Both the position numbers and the translations under genes were made by a program. Below, one piece after another: positions 1 to 10,689 of a DNA stretch of 34,231 nucleotides (within the stretch, counting starts at the first letter, position 1; each line of letters opens with the position of its first letter). Origin of the DNA: Candidatus Bathyarchaeia archaeon (lineage in GTDB: Archaea; Thermoproteota; Bathyarchaeia; Bathyarchaeales; Bathycorpusculaceae). The stretch is from NCBI GenBank assembly GCA_038883855.1, contig JAVZLH010000012.1:1-34231 (forward strand), read 5' to 3'. Under the pieces are notes generated by a model. It was not told the DNA's origin. It did not search any database and worked only from the letters and a program-made list of their open reading frames with translations.

Positions 1-962
1 AGAAGGAAACTGGCAAGTCGCACCTATCCAAACTTTTGATGCTGAACCTTGTTGGATACAAAGCCACCGTTGTCGTCTTCGACTTGAACGGTGAATATTT
101 GAGGCTTGGAATGACAGCAGACGGGAAAAGAAACGCCTACTACGACAAGATTCACGTTTTGACGCCAGCTCAAAACTTTAAGGTAGCATTCAAACACTTA
201 AACCTCCACGTATTGTTGGGTATTTTAATCCACGCGCTCCATTTGCCTGGAACATCCGCCCGCGAGTTTAGGCGCATTTGGCAGTCGCTAAAAGAAAGAG
301 ACATGCTTAGCCTTCACGAGTTGGGAGAAGCCATACGTAATTGGCACTGCAACCAGCATGTCCGCGATGCGCTTTTCTCGCGGTATCATGCACTTGTAAA
401 TTCAGGATTTTTTACGGATGAAAACGCCTCAACAATGCTTTTGGAAGAATGCCTTTTCAAAGCCAAAGAACAAGGTGGAGCAATAATAATAAATTTGAGA
501 AACACTTCTTCAATTGACCGTCAAATAGTTGTGGAATACGTTCTTGGAAAACTTGTAGAGTTGCTGACAAACTGGAGGCTGAAGGCAGTTTTCCTCTTCG
601 CTGAAGAAGCGCACTTGTATTTGCGTGAAACTTATTGGGATGACATCGTAACCCGCATGCGCCACTTCGGCATATTCACAACTTTTATAACGAATCAGCC
701 AGACACTATACGCGAAAATATATACCGCCAAGCAGACAACATTTTCCTTTTCAATTTCACAAACGAGCATGATTTGGAAGCAGTTTCACGGGCGGCACGT
801 GTTGACGCGGAAACGGTGAAATCCATAGCCAGGGAACTGCCGCCGCACCACTGCCTAGTGCTTGGAAAAGTTGTTAAGGACTTTCCAATGGTTGTGAAGG
901 TTAAGGCTTTAGACGTCGAAGCAATGGGAGAAACAAGGCTTTTCTTTAAAGAAGCAAACTAA
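1..962 (+). CDS. HerA/FtsK-like P-loop ATPase (DUF87 family), 5'-truncated by window edge
   Basis: Frame is open from the window start: KETGKS (Walker A end) at 3-20, VVFDLNGEY, Walker B-like FAEEAH, RMRHFG, ITNQP. Confidence 0.8.
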   Translation, partial: KETGKSHLSKLLMLNLVGYKATVVVFDLNGEYLRLGMTADGKRNAYYDKIHVLTPAQNFKVAFKHLNLHVLLGILIHALHLPGTSAREFRRIWQSLKERDMLSLHELGEAIRNWHCNQHVRDALFSRYHALVNSGFFTDENASTMLLEECLFKAKEQGGAIIINLRNTSSIDRQIVVEYVLGKLVELLTNWRLKAVFLFAEEAHLYLRETYWDDIVTRMRHFGIFTTFITNQPDTIRENIYRQADNIFLFNFTNEHDLEAVSRAARVDAETVKSIARELPPHHCLVLGKVVKDFPMVVKVKALDVEAMGETRLFFKEAN

Positions 963-1408
963 TGGCGAGAGTTAAGCTTTTGAAGTTTTTCTCCGTTCCT
1001 TTTCAAGAATTCTCTCAGGGTTTTTGTTATGTCGTATTTTTCGGCTTCAGCCAAAGGCACCCATCTTAATTCTTCAGCGTCGTCGGCAGCGTTGAGTTCT
1101 CCTCCCTTAAGCTTCACAAAATAATCAAGTATGATAAAATGATATTTTATTTCGCCGTTATCGTCTCTAACAATGTTGTCAATAACATCAATAAGCTCTG
1201 GACTTTCAACTTCGAGCCCGGTCTCCTCCTTAACTTCTCTAACAACTGCATACTCAACGCTTTCGCCCAATTCCACCAAGCCTCCTGGAATGCTCCATTT
1301 ACCTCTTCCAGGCTCACCTTTCCTTTTTTCCAATAGAATTTTGCCGTCGTGGATTACGACGGCGCCTACGCCGACAACCGGCTGGTTTGGGTAAAGCCTT
1401 TTGACCAA
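959..1408 (-). CDS. Nudix hydrolase (ADP-ribose pyrophosphatase-like)
   Basis: Nudix box GGLVELGESVEYAVVREVKEETGL. Confidence 0.9.
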   Translation of the reverse strand: MVKRLYPNQPVVGVGAVVIHDGKILLEKRKGEPGRGKWSIPGGLVELGESVEYAVVREVKEETGLEVESPELIDVIDNIVRDDNGEIKYHFIILDYFVKLKGGELNAADDAEELRWVPLAEAEKYDITKTLREFLKRNGEKLQKLNSRH

Positions 1409-1432
1409 TTGGAATGCCTCTATAATATTTGT

Positions 1433-2666
1433 TTACTCGTATCTTAAAGCTTCTACGGGCTTAAGCTTTGAAGCTCGCCAAGCTGGGTAAAGCCCGAAGA
1501 CTACGCTTACTATTATTCCGAAGGCTAATGCGCCTATTAGAACTGTGGGCGTTAAGACGGGTGTTATTGATATTTGGGTTGCCACTGCATTTTGGTTTAT
1601 GCCCTGAATTCTTCCGCCGCCGAAAATTCCTAACATTGCAACTATGTTTGCTAATCCCCAGCCAGAAACTATTCCTATCACAGCGCCCATAAACCCTATT
1701 ATTATTGCTTCGCTTAAGAAAATTGTGAGCACCGTTCGGTTTTTCATGCCAAGTGCCTTAAGGATGCCTATTTCACGGGTTCTCTCCATTAAAGAAACAA
1801 TCATAATATTCATTATGCCAACTCCAGCAACCAAAAGCGAAATTCCAGCAATCCCAGCCAAAAAGAACTCCACGTTAGAGAATATTGCTGAGATTATGTT
1901 AAGAACCCCCTTGGCAGAAGTAACCGAAACCTGATTGTTGAAAGCTTCCTTTATCGCATCCGAAACTCCTTCAATTGTTGCCTCTTTATCATCTTTCAAC
2001 AAAACGATTATCATGTTGCATTCGTTTGTTTCAAAAAACTCTTGAGCCTGCGCAATCGGAATGTAGATGCCGATGTCTGATGGGCCGCCTATGTTGAAGC
2101 CGCCTATCTCGTTGAGGACAGCAATTATTTGTCCATTGTAGGTTTTGTTTTGGAAAAGTCCATCGCTTCGTTTCATCCACGTGATTTCCACGGTGTCGTT
2201 TACGTCGGCGAATATTGTTCCGTTTTGCCAAGGGTTATGTATTCTTGCGCCAATAACTATGGAATTGTTTTGTGGGTTTTCGTAAATGCTCTTGTATTTT
2301 TCGAAGTTTACACCTATCACGTTGATCGTTACGATTGTGTTGCTTATGTTGACGAAGCATGTTTTTTGCATTATCGCCACTGATGCCGTCACATTTTTCT
2401 ATATGATCAATTATGTTTGTGTCTGAAATAAGCAAGGTTGATTCTGCACCGCCGCCTAGTGCTTCTCTCGGTGAGACTATGAGCGTGTTTGTTGCAAAGC
2501 CCTTTTGTAGCTGGGCGGTTATGGTGTTTTGGAAGCCTTGGCTGAAGGAGAGAAGCGCGACAATGGCGGCTATGCCGATAACCACGCCGAGAGTTGTGAG
2601 GGCAGCGCGAAGTTTACGAAGTTTTATGGCGCCGAAAGCGTAGGATAAGACATCAACAACATTCAT
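1433..2666 (-). pseudogene. MacB/FtsX-family ABC permease split by a 1-nt frameshift (real lesion or sequencing error)
   Basis: N-terminal LRAALTTLGVVIGIAAIV in ORF 2235-2666 and C-terminal GIMNIMIVSLMERTREIG...PVEALRYE in ORF 1433-2392. Removing one base from the T5 run at 2394-2398 joins them as DHIENVTASV. Confidence 0.85.
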
Positions 2667-3350
2667 CTAGTTCACCACATCTTCAACAATCGCGCCGTCA
2701 AGCATTCGCACAATTCTTGCTGCCTCTTTGGCGAGACGCTGGTCATGAGTAACCATTATTATTGTCACGTTCTTTTCCTCATTCAACCTTTTAACCAAAC
2801 CAATTATTTCGTTTGCAGTTTTGGAGTCAATATTTCCCGTGGGCTCGTCCATTAAGAGGAAAGCTGGATTATTGGCTAGGGCTCGTGCGATTGCCACGCG
2901 TTGTTGTTCGCCGCCGCTGAGTTCTGTCGGCTTGTGGTTCATTCGCTCTTTTAAGCCTACAATTTCAAGAAGTTCTTCGGCGCGTTTTCTCCTTTGGTCC
3001 TTGCTTAAACCGGCAATCGCCATGGACAGCTCAACATTTTGTTTAGCTGTAAGCCTTGGGATAAGGTTGAAGAACTGGAAAACGAAGCCTATTCTCCTTC
3101 TTAAATCTGCAAGCTGGTTATCGTTCAATGTTGAAATGTCAACACCTTCTATGAAGACCTTGCCCTCAGTCGGCTTGTCTAATGCGCCGATCAAATTTAA
3201 CAGCGTGGATTTTCCGCTTCCAGACGGACCCAAAACTGCTAGGAACTCGCCCTTTTCAACTTTGAGGTTTACGCCTCGCAGAGCTTCAACTGGCACTTTT
3301 CCAAGCATGTATGTTTTTCTAAGGTTTACGGCTTCAACAATTTTCGTCAT
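2667..3350 (-). CDS. ABC transporter ATP-binding protein (LolD/MacB type)
   Basis: GPSGSGKST, LSGGEQQRV, DEPTGN, VTHD motifs. Confidence 0.95.
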   Translation of the reverse strand: MTKIVEAVNLRKTYMLGKVPVEALRGVNLKVEKGEFLAVLGPSGSGKSTLLNLIGALDKPTEGKVFIEGVDISTLNDNQLADLRRRIGFVFQFFNLIPRLTAKQNVELSMAIAGLSKDQRRKRAEELLEIVGLKERMNHKPTELSGGEQQRVAIARALANNPAFLLMDEPTGNIDSKTANEIIGLVKRLNEEKNVTIIMVTHDQRLAKEAARIVRMLDGAIVEDVVN

Positions 3351-3384
3351 GTTGCGGCTTCCCTCTTATTTCCGTGCTGCGGTT

Positions 3385-4323
3385 TTACTTGGTGAGATAT
3401 CTCCACGACAACACTATGCCTATGGCTGAGAACACCGTTGCAAATGCACCGAGAACTGCAAAGTCAAGCATTAATGTTGAGGTATTCATCGGTAATATGG
3501 TCAGTTGTCTTACGGCGTCTGTTAAGTAGCTTATTGGGTTAACGCGGGCTATTGCCTGTATCCACTCGGGCATCATTGAAATTGGAAAGAAGGTGTTACT
3601 CGCAAACATTAACGGCAAATTAATTAGGTTTACAATTGCCATCTGCGTCTCAATTCTCGTTGACCTCAAAGCAAGCGCCAGAAAAATCGAAGAAAGTCCT
3701 ATGCAGAGTAGAAATATTGCAGCGTAAACGCCAAGTATGTTAATCGGAGAGAAAGTTGAACTGACTTTCAAGCCGAAGACCACCGCAAGCGCCAAAATTA
3801 TTGTTGCTTGGAACATAGCTCTCAAAGCCGCATTCAAAACCTTTGAAAATATTATTGCGGCTCTGGAAACTGGTGTGCTAAGCACTTTGTTTAAAAAGCC
3901 TAATCGCCTATCCCAAACTATTGACATACCGCTAAACATCGTTGTGAACATAACGATGAAGGATATCATGCCAACAGACATGTAACTAAAGTAATCCTCA
4001 ACTCCGAACACGTTTTGCATTACGCTTGGACCAAGATTAGCGAACAACTGCGAAAATGCTGTGCCGTTAACGTATATTGTTCCTTGTTGAGGAGGAATTA
4101 GGAGGCCTCCGTCAAGCGGAAATACTGGGGGCATCTGTATGTTGCTTGCTGAGAAAATTCCGCCCAAGTTCATGGCCTTTCCGAAAAGTCCCATCCAAAT
4201 TACTGGTTGAAGAACAGCCATTATTAGGAGGATGGGTTCTTTTAGCCATTTTTTGAGTTCGCGGTTGGTTAAAGCCCATAAGCCATGAAACTTATTCGGA
4301 TGATGCGCATTTAATTTGTTCAT
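3385..4323 (-). CDS. ABC-2 type exporter permease
   Basis: Multiple TM segments, DRRLGFLNKVLSTPVSR, NPISYLTDAVR; overlaps the upstream ATPase stop. Confidence 0.9.
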   Translation of the reverse strand: MNKLNAHHPNKFHGLWALTNRELKKWLKEPILLIMAVLQPVIWMGLFGKAMNLGGIFSASNIQMPPVFPLDGGLLIPPQQGTIYVNGTAFSQLFANLGPSVMQNVFGVEDYFSYMSVGMISFIVMFTTMFSGMSIVWDRRLGFLNKVLSTPVSRAAIIFSKVLNAALRAMFQATIILALAVVFGLKVSSTFSPINILGVYAAIFLLCIGLSSIFLALALRSTRIETQMAIVNLINLPLMFASNTFFPISMMPEWIQAIARVNPISYLTDAVRQLTILPMNTSTLMLDFAVLGAFATVFSAIGIVLSWRYLTK

Positions 4324-5324
4324 CGTGATCTCGCCCTCATTAGAGTTAGTCTTTGCGCTCTAAAGGCTTCAGCAGACTCTTCCATGTCACGCATAGACTT
4401 GCCCGTATATTCCAAATAAACCTCGTTTAAAGTGGGTTCTGTGAGCGAAAGCCTCGTTACAGTATAGCCCTTTTTCCGAAGGGCTTCGATTATTAGGGGG
4501 GCTGTTACTTCGCCGTGTTCAGCCTTAATCCTATAAGAGCCGTTCTCGTTTTTAACATCCTTCACGTGCTCAACGCTGCGTATTAGTTCGCTTACGTCCG
4601 CATTCTCCTTAATCGATATTGTTATGACATCGCCGCCGAGGCTGTCTTTAAGCTCGCTTGGAGAACCAGTCACAACAATTTTTCCGTGGTCTATTATGGC
4701 TATGCGGTCGCAGAGGGCGTCTGCCTCCTCCAAATAATGCGTAGTCATAAAAAGCGTCATGCCAAACTCCTTCTTTAAACGCCTAATATAATCCCACGTT
4801 GCAGCCCTAGTCTGAACATCTAAACCAAGCGTTGGCTCATCCAAAAAGAGCACTTTCGGCCTATTAATTAGCCCACATGCAAGTTCAAGCCTGCGCCGCA
4901 TTCCACCAGAGTATGTTTCCACTTTCTTGTCTTTGAACTGGGTTAGTTCCACAAGTTCAAGAAGCTCGAGAGCGCGTTTCTTGGAAATTTCGCGCGGAAT
5001 TCCATATAGGTCTGCGCATAAAATTATGTTCTCATATCCCGTTAAGTCCTCGTCCGCCGTGTATTCTTGGGGCACTACGCCTATGACTTTTCTAACCATG
5101 TTTGCCTGTTTCACAACATCGAAGCCTAAAACTGAAGCTTTGCCTTTAGTGGGTTTCAAAACGGTTATTAGCATGTTGATTGTTGTGGTTTTTCCAGCGC
5201 CGTTTGGACCTAGAAAACCGTAGACTTCGCCGTCTTTGACACTGAAGTTCACGTGGTCAACAGCTACGAGGTTTTTGTTGAAAACTTTCGTTAATCCTTC
5301 AGCAGTAATTACGTCATCACTCAT
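4320..5324 (-). CDS. ABC exporter ATP-binding protein (DrrA-like)
   Basis: GPNGAGKTT, YSGGMRRRL, DEPTLGLD, TTHYLEEAD. Confidence 0.95.
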   Translation of the reverse strand: MSDDVITAEGLTKVFNKNLVAVDHVNFSVKDGEVYGFLGPNGAGKTTTINMLITVLKPTKGKASVLGFDVVKQANMVRKVIGVVPQEYTADEDLTGYENIILCADLYGIPREISKKRALELLELVELTQFKDKKVETYSGGMRRRLELACGLINRPKVLFLDEPTLGLDVQTRAATWDYIRRLKKEFGMTLFMTTHYLEEADALCDRIAIIDHGKIVVTGSPSELKDSLGGDVITISIKENADVSELIRSVEHVKDVKNENGSYRIKAEHGEVTAPLIIEALRKKGYTVTRLSLTEPTLNEVYLEYTGKSMRDMEESAEAFRAQRLTLMRARSR

Positions 5325-5889
5325 TCCGTTCAGCCCTCAGCTTCTTGTCTATTTTTTCAAGCTCTTCTGCAGCCTTATTCAAAACTTTTATGGTTTCCTC
5401 AAAAACTTGTTCCGAAAACTTCTCTCCAACATTAACGCCTATGCTGGCAAAGGCTCTAAGAAGCCTACGGGAAGATTCGCGTAGCTCAGCGGCTTTCTCC
5501 GCTGGTAGACCGCACCACATAACACCAAAAAATGGCGGAGCTAGAAACTTAGCTTTGTCCTTGTATTGTTCTCTAATTTTTCTTTGTTCTTCAAGAAGCT
5601 TTTTCCCCTTATCCGTGAGGGTGTAACGTTTTATTCCACTTTCCTCTGTCGGAACTTCTTTAATGTAACCATTATCTTGTAGCCACGCCAAAAGCGGATA
5701 GACTGACCCGGGACTGGGTTTCCAAAGTCCATTTGTCCGCTTTTCTATTTCGCTTATTATTTCCGAGCCAGAATGGGGTTTTTCATTTAACAGTTCGAGC
5801 ACTTGGTAGCGGAGGAAACCTTTTGGAACAGCTGCCATATGCCTAATCCAATGCCTGAATGGGGGAGGGGGAAGTGGAGGTGGAAACAT
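5317..5889 (-). CDS. PadR-family transcriptional regulator heading the ABC operon
   Basis: wHTH signature WKPSPGSVYPLLAWL...KRYTLTDKG. Confidence 0.9.
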   Translation of the reverse strand: MFPPPLPPPPFRHWIRHMAAVPKGFLRYQVLELLNEKPHSGSEIISEIEKRTNGLWKPSPGSVYPLLAWLQDNGYIKEVPTEESGIKRYTLTDKGKKLLEEQRKIREQYKDKAKFLAPPFFGVMWCGLPAEKAAELRESSRRLLRAFASIGVNVGEKFSEQVFEETIKVLNKAAEELEKIDKKLRAERNE

Positions 5890-5897
5890 CTTGTCAC

Positions 5898-5935
5898 CAT
5901 TGATATCGACATTGATATCAAATGTGATATTTAAA
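5898..5935 (-). promoter_or_regulatory. TATA box (TTTAAATA, 5928-5935) with downstream GATATC-repeat operator candidate
   Basis: CATTGATATC at 5898 and 5910, third partial copy at 5922; TTGATATC-N6-GATATCAA palindrome at 5900-5921. Confidence 0.6.
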
Positions 5936-5958
5936 GATTACGCAACTCAACCAAAATA

Positions 5959-6633
5959 TCACTCGATTAACGTTCCAACCCTTTCCCCTTTAACCACTCG
6001 TAAAAGATTTTCGGGCTTGTATCCATTAAGAACAAAAACCTTCACACGTGTACCCCTTAAAATCTTAACAGCCTTCGGGTCGAGAATCTGATGAATCCCA
6101 GCCTTATGTTTGTCTTCAGCTAAAACCTTTGATAAATCATCAAAACTTAAACGGTCAAGCTTAACAGCATCTGCATGTTTTCGCGGGTCTTTGGTGTAAA
6201 TGCCTTCTTGGTCTGTTGCCTTAATCAACACATCCGCACCTATCTTTTCAGCAACTAAGGCGGCTACGGAGTCCGTTGTCATGCCGGGCTTTAAGCCGCC
6301 TAAAACCGCAATTTTTTCCTCACTCAAACATTCAGCGGCTTCCTCAACAGTCAAAAGCACTTTTCCGCAGCCAAGTTTTCCAAGCTTTTTCGTGAATAGT
6401 TGAGCGAAGATTCTGGAAACAGAAATGGCCACATCATCTTGATCTTTTTCTTCAAGCCCCAAATTTTTCGCGGTTTCAATAAATTCTCTTGCTAAGGCTC
6501 CGCCCCCGACAACCACAGCCACATCGTGTCCTTCACCTTTCAGCCTCTTCAATATTTCCACGTAATCGCCTATCAGTTTGGGATTAACTGGTGAGGCGAT
6601 AACTGAACCGCCTATCCGAATTACAATCTTCAT
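5959..6633 (-). CDS. pyrH: Uridylate kinase (archaeal type)
   Basis: IGGS, VVGGGALAR, PGMTTDSVA, GIYTKDP motifs. Confidence 0.9.
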   Translation of the reverse strand: MKIVIRIGGSVIASPVNPKLIGDYVEILKRLKGEGHDVAVVVGGGALAREFIETAKNLGLEEKDQDDVAISVSRIFAQLFTKKLGKLGCGKVLLTVEEAAECLSEEKIAVLGGLKPGMTTDSVAALVAEKIGADVLIKATDQEGIYTKDPRKHADAVKLDRLSFDDLSKVLAEDKHKAGIHQILDPKAVKILRGTRVKVFVLNGYKPENLLRVVKGERVGTLIE

Positions 6634-6676
6634 GAAATTTTCTCCTTAACTGCAACCTATTGTTGGCTGTTAACAT

Positions 6677-7513
6677 TTAAAAGAATTTGTTCAACCCCTC
6701 TTGGCTTTTCACAACTCTCACTTGCACACTTATGGTTTCCCCAAAGTTGATTTGCATTCCGTCAACAGCCGCAATTGTCGGAACGCCGGTTTTCTCCTCT
6801 ATTAACTTTGCTTCTTTGGCTGGTCCTTGAAATATCATCTGCATTCCAAGATGTGTCAAAACCGCTTTTTCGGGGCTGGCTTCCTCAACTATCCTTATGG
6901 CGTCGTTCGTCGTCATGTGACCTTTCCAAGGTTTTCCAGCTGGACGCATTACACAAAGCATTAGAAGCCTCACGCCTTTGTAGTATTTTGCTATTTCCTC
7001 AAAGTATTCTGTGTCGCTTGTGTAGGCGAAGTCGCCGAACTCTTTGGTTTCAAATCTGAAGCCCACAGCGTCTGGGTCTGTGTGTCTCGCTTCTGTCACT
7101 GTAACTTGGACATCGCCTACCTGAAATTTCATGTTCGGCACTGCTTCGATTACTTTTTCGGGCATCTGCTGATGATACTTAGAGATAGAGGCTTCGCAGA
7201 CTTGGCTTCCGTTTAGAACGCTTTTGGCTGCAGCAAGCAAACCGCGCTTTTTTGTCGTGCCACGGGTCATCGCTTCAATCAGCACTTCTGCGTCAGTGTA
7301 GTGGTCTGGATGTGAATGAGAGACGAAAACAGCGTCAAGCTTCTGCGGATCCAAACCCAACTCAACAGAATACACCAAAGCTCCTGGTCCCGGGTCTAAA
7401 TGAAGGTTTAGGTTTTCGCTTATTATGCGTATTCCAGCGGTGCGCCGCTTCTGCGTGATTGTTGCGAATCTTCCGCCGCCCGTTCCTAAGAAGATTATTC
7501 GGTATTGCGCCAT
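6677..7513 (-). CDS. Metallo-beta-lactamase fold hydrolase
   Basis: FLGTGGG, DPGPG, SHSHPDH, YTSDT, LTHLG. Confidence 0.85.
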   Translation of the reverse strand: MAQYRIIFLGTGGGRFATITQKRRTAGIRIISENLNLHLDPGPGALVYSVELGLDPQKLDAVFVSHSHPDHYTDAEVLIEAMTRGTTKKRGLLAAAKSVLNGSQVCEASISKYHQQMPEKVIEAVPNMKFQVGDVQVTVTEARHTDPDAVGFRFETKEFGDFAYTSDTEYFEEIAKYYKGVRLLMLCVMRPAGKPWKGHMTTNDAIRIVEEASPEKAVLTHLGMQMIFQGPAKEAKLIEEKTGVPTIAAVDGMQINFGETISVQVRVVKSQEGLNKFF

Positions 7514-7621
7514 GTGTATGGCTATGGCGGTTAATAATTTCTATTTTTCTATCTTGTAAAGCCTGGGAAAACGCTTTTAACATTCTGTTAATTGGATTAA
7601 GCAAAACGGAGGCGGCATGCT

Positions 7622-8605
7622 TTGTTCGAGGAGTGGGGATTACTTGGCAATGCACTTGTCCTTTTAGCTTCCCTGATTGTTCTCGACAAGGCAAGCGACT
7701 GGACAATAACAAACTCCGTTAAAGTTGCAGACATAACGGGAGTTGGAAAAACAACTGTCGGATTCATCTTAGTTGCTTTTTCCACATCGCTGCCAGAACT
7801 ATGTGTCTCCATCTTCGCCGCCATAGGAGAAGAAAGCATAGGTGTTGCCATCGGAAACGTTTTAGGCTCAAACATTGTAAACATCTGCCTAATACTAGGC
7901 GTATGCTTCCTCCTTATAACCCTAAAAAGCTCTGAAAGCGTGAAGCTTCTACCTGCCATGGCGAAAGAGGAGATAGGAACATTGTATTTTGGTCTTTTTG
8001 TGGCGTCTGTTATTCCTTTAGCCCTCCTTTACATAGGGTATGCAAGCAGATTCATCGGCATAATTCTGTTAGCATTTTTTGTTTTCTACATTTACCAGCT
8101 TTCAAAAGTGAAAAAAATTAGGGAAGAAGGTTCCTTAGGAGAGGAACGGAAAAAACTGGGTCAATACACATTCCTCACAGTTTTAGGCGCTTCTTTAGTT
8201 GTTGTTAGCTCATATTTTATTGTGGATTCAGCCTCATTCATAGCGGAAGGTTTGGGAATTCCATCGGTAGTTATAGGCGCCACAATTGTCGCTTTTGGAA
8301 CAAGCCTACCAGAATTGGCAACAAGCATAGACTCTGTCCAGAAGGGCCATATGGACCTTGCCCTAGGCAACATCATTGGAAGCTGCTTCATAAACATAAC
8401 ATGCATTTTAGGTGTTGCATTAATAGGTTCGACACTAGCTATTAATATGGCTGCTTTCTCCCACCTCATAATGTTCTCGCTTATAACAAATATTCTGCTA
8501 TGGTACTTTCTGTCAAGCGAAAGAATAAGTTGGAGGGAGGGGACAATATTCTTATTCATGTACTTCATCTTCCTCGTAACAAGCTACGGCGGCTATCAAG
8601 TCTAG
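7622..8605 (+). CDS. Sodium:calcium antiporter (CaCA/YrbG family)
   Basis: Two alpha repeats: FSTSLPE...GNVLGSN and FGTSLPE...GNIIGS. Confidence 0.9.
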   Translation: MFEEWGLLGNALVLLASLIVLDKASDWTITNSVKVADITGVGKTTVGFILVAFSTSLPELCVSIFAAIGEESIGVAIGNVLGSNIVNICLILGVCFLLITLKSSESVKLLPAMAKEEIGTLYFGLFVASVIPLALLYIGYASRFIGIILLAFFVFYIYQLSKVKKIREEGSLGEERKKLGQYTFLTVLGASLVVVSSYFIVDSASFIAEGLGIPSVVIGATIVAFGTSLPELATSIDSVQKGHMDLALGNIIGSCFINITCILGVALIGSTLAINMAAFSHLIMFSLITNILLWYFLSSERISWREGTIFLFMYFIFLVTSYGGYQV

Positions 8606-9014
8606 GGATGAATTTACTAAAATCATCGAAAATCATGAAAACAAGGCAAGGAAAGACGAAGATGCGGCATTTACAACGTGCCTTCACGTGCCAGAACGAG
8701 TCAGCGGAAAAAGGTCGGGAAAGCTACACCCAAAAATTTTGAGGAGGCTAGAGCAAGCTCTGAAAATACCCTTCTAGACCATTAAAACTCTGGGAGTTTA
8801 TTAAAGTTAAAGTTAGGCCTAAGGTTTCAAGTATTCCGCCGACAAAGAAAACCGCGCCTGCTAAAACATCAAATACGCTGAAGTTTCATTAGGCCTTGAC
8901 TCTTCCGCTTTTTCGTGCAAATAGTCTCTAAATGACATTAAAGCTTAACACGTTTTAAACTGATAAATGTACACGTAAATCTTATTATCTGAAAATAAAC
9001 ATTGCAAAAACGAA

Positions 9015-9782
9015 TTGGAAATAAATCAAAAAGAGGGGAAGAAAGCCGTATTGCAGCCCAACATAAAGGCAGTAATTTTCGATTTCATAGGCACATTAAC
9101 CAACGTTAAAGGCTACAGTTTAGAAGCCTCAAAAATGAAGCTATACAACGCTATTGTAGATGCAGGCTTCAAAGTTAGCGTCGAAAAATTTTTGAAGGCT
9201 TACAGCGAAGCCCATGAGAAGTACAGGGCTATAAGATACCAAGAGCTTGTGGAAGTGACAAACGCCATCTGGATTTCCGAAGCCCTAAACGCTTTAGAGT
9301 TCAAAACGAGCCCGGAGGACTCAAGGATAAAAATGGCTGTAAATGTGTTCTTTGAAGATTACCTAAAGTCTTTAGAATTGCGACCATGCGTGAAGCCCAT
9401 GCTAAAGCAGCTTTCAACACACTATAAGCTGGGTTTAGTTTCAAACTTCACTTACACGCCGCTAATTTACGCCGCCCTCAGGAAACTAAGTATAAACCGC
9501 TTTTTCAATGTCATATTGGTTTCGGAGGCTGTGGGATGGCGCAAGCCTCACGCAAAAATTTTCGAAGAAGCCCTTAAAAGACTTGGAACAAAGGCTGAAG
9601 AAACAGTTTACGTTGGAGACAGCCCCCAAGAAGACATTGAAGGAGCGAAGGCTGTAGGCATGAAAACAGTTTTTGTTCCTTCACAGTTTTACTCGCTTGA
9701 AAACCTCCGAGAAAGACACCAGAAGCCAGACATCATCGTGAAAGACATTTGTGCACTCTACAAAACCTTCACATCTGCCTAA
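9015..9782 (+). CDS. HAD-superfamily hydrolase (true start may be TTG at 9051)
   Basis: VIFDFIGTL, LVSN, RKP, YVGDSPQEDI. Confidence 0.85.
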   Translation: MEINQKEGKKAVLQPNIKAVIFDFIGTLTNVKGYSLEASKMKLYNAIVDAGFKVSVEKFLKAYSEAHEKYRAIRYQELVEVTNAIWISEALNALEFKTSPEDSRIKMAVNVFFEDYLKSLELRPCVKPMLKQLSTHYKLGLVSNFTYTPLIYAALRKLSINRFFNVILVSEAVGWRKPHAKIFEEALKRLGTKAEETVYVGDSPQEDIEGAKAVGMKTVFVPSQFYSLENLRERHQKPDIIVKDICALYKTFTSA

Positions 9783-9885
9783 AACATTTTTATTTGTTTT
9801 CTATTTTTTATCAACAACGAGTGGAGGAAGAGTAATGTTTAATTTTACATCTGCTACAGAATAATGAGTAATTGAGGAATGTGTA

Positions 9886-10686
9886 ATGACCGAGCTTGGA
9901 AAGAGGATTCGAATTGACCGCATAATGAATCGGAACACTAGAAGAACAGTCATAATCCCAATGGATCATGGAATAACAGTTGGTCCAATCAAAGGGCTTT
10001 ACGACATGAAAACCATCGTCAACCAAGTTGCCGAGGGGGGCGCAAACGCCGTTCTGCTGCATAAAGGAATAATAAAAGCAGGATACAGAGGCTACGGTAG
10101 GGATATAGGGCTAATACTGCATCTTTCAGGAAGCACGGCGCTTGGACCAGATCCAGACGCTAAAGTGCAGGTGGCGGATGTTATAGAAGCTATAAAACTG
10201 GGCGCTGACGCCGTTTCCATTCACATAAATGTAGGATCCAAAACAGAAGACAAGCAACTGAAGTTTCTGGGTAAAACAGCAAAAGTATGTGAGGATTGGG
10301 GTATACCCCTCTTAGCAATGATGTACCCGCGAGGAGAAAAAATCAAGAACCAATACGATGTGGATGTGGTTAAACACGCTGCTCGCATCGGAGCGGAGCT
10401 TGGAGCAGACATCATTAAGACCAACTACACTGGAAGCGAAGACACGTTCAGAGAAGTTGTCAGAGGATGCTTTGTGCCAGTTGTTATGGCTGGAGGACCC
10501 AAAACAAACACGGATGAAGAATTCTGCCAAATGGTTTACAGTTCAATACGGGCTGGTGGGGCTGGAGTGGCTGCTGGAAGAAATGTCTTTCAACATGAAA
10601 ACCCAACAAAAATGGTTAAAGTGTTATGCGGCATTGTTCATGAAGGTTTAGATGCGAAGACAGCTCTGGAAAAGTACATGAAATAG
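9886..10686 (+). CDS. aroA': 2-amino-3,7-dideoxy-D-threo-hept-6-ulosonate synthase / DhnA-type class I aldolase
   Basis: [22 protein letters not shown] (Schiff-base Lys), AGG, GRNVFQH; N-terminus GKRIRIDRI resembles MJ0400-type enzymes. Confidence 0.75.
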   Translation: MTELGKRIRIDRIMNRNTRRTVIIPMDHGITVGPIKGLYDMKTIVNQVAEGGANAVLLHKGIIKAGYRGYGRDIGLILHLSGSTALGPDPDAKVQVADVIEAIKLGADAVSIHINVGSKTEDKQLKFLGKTAKVCEDWGIPLLAMMYPRGEKIKNQYDVDVVKHAARIGAELGADIIKTNYTGSEDTFREVVRGCFVPVVMAGGPKTNTDEEFCQMVYSSIRAGGAGVAAGRNVFQHENPTKMVKVLCGIVHEGLDAKTALEKYMK

Positions 10687-10689
10687 CAG

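Noticed and set aside
8606-9014. Short frames: EDEDAAF..KILRRLEQALKIPF (+) and hydrophobic FDVLAGAVFFVGGILETLGL (-), possible gene relics
   Set aside because: Too short and lacking a diagnostic motif; cannot be assigned without a search.
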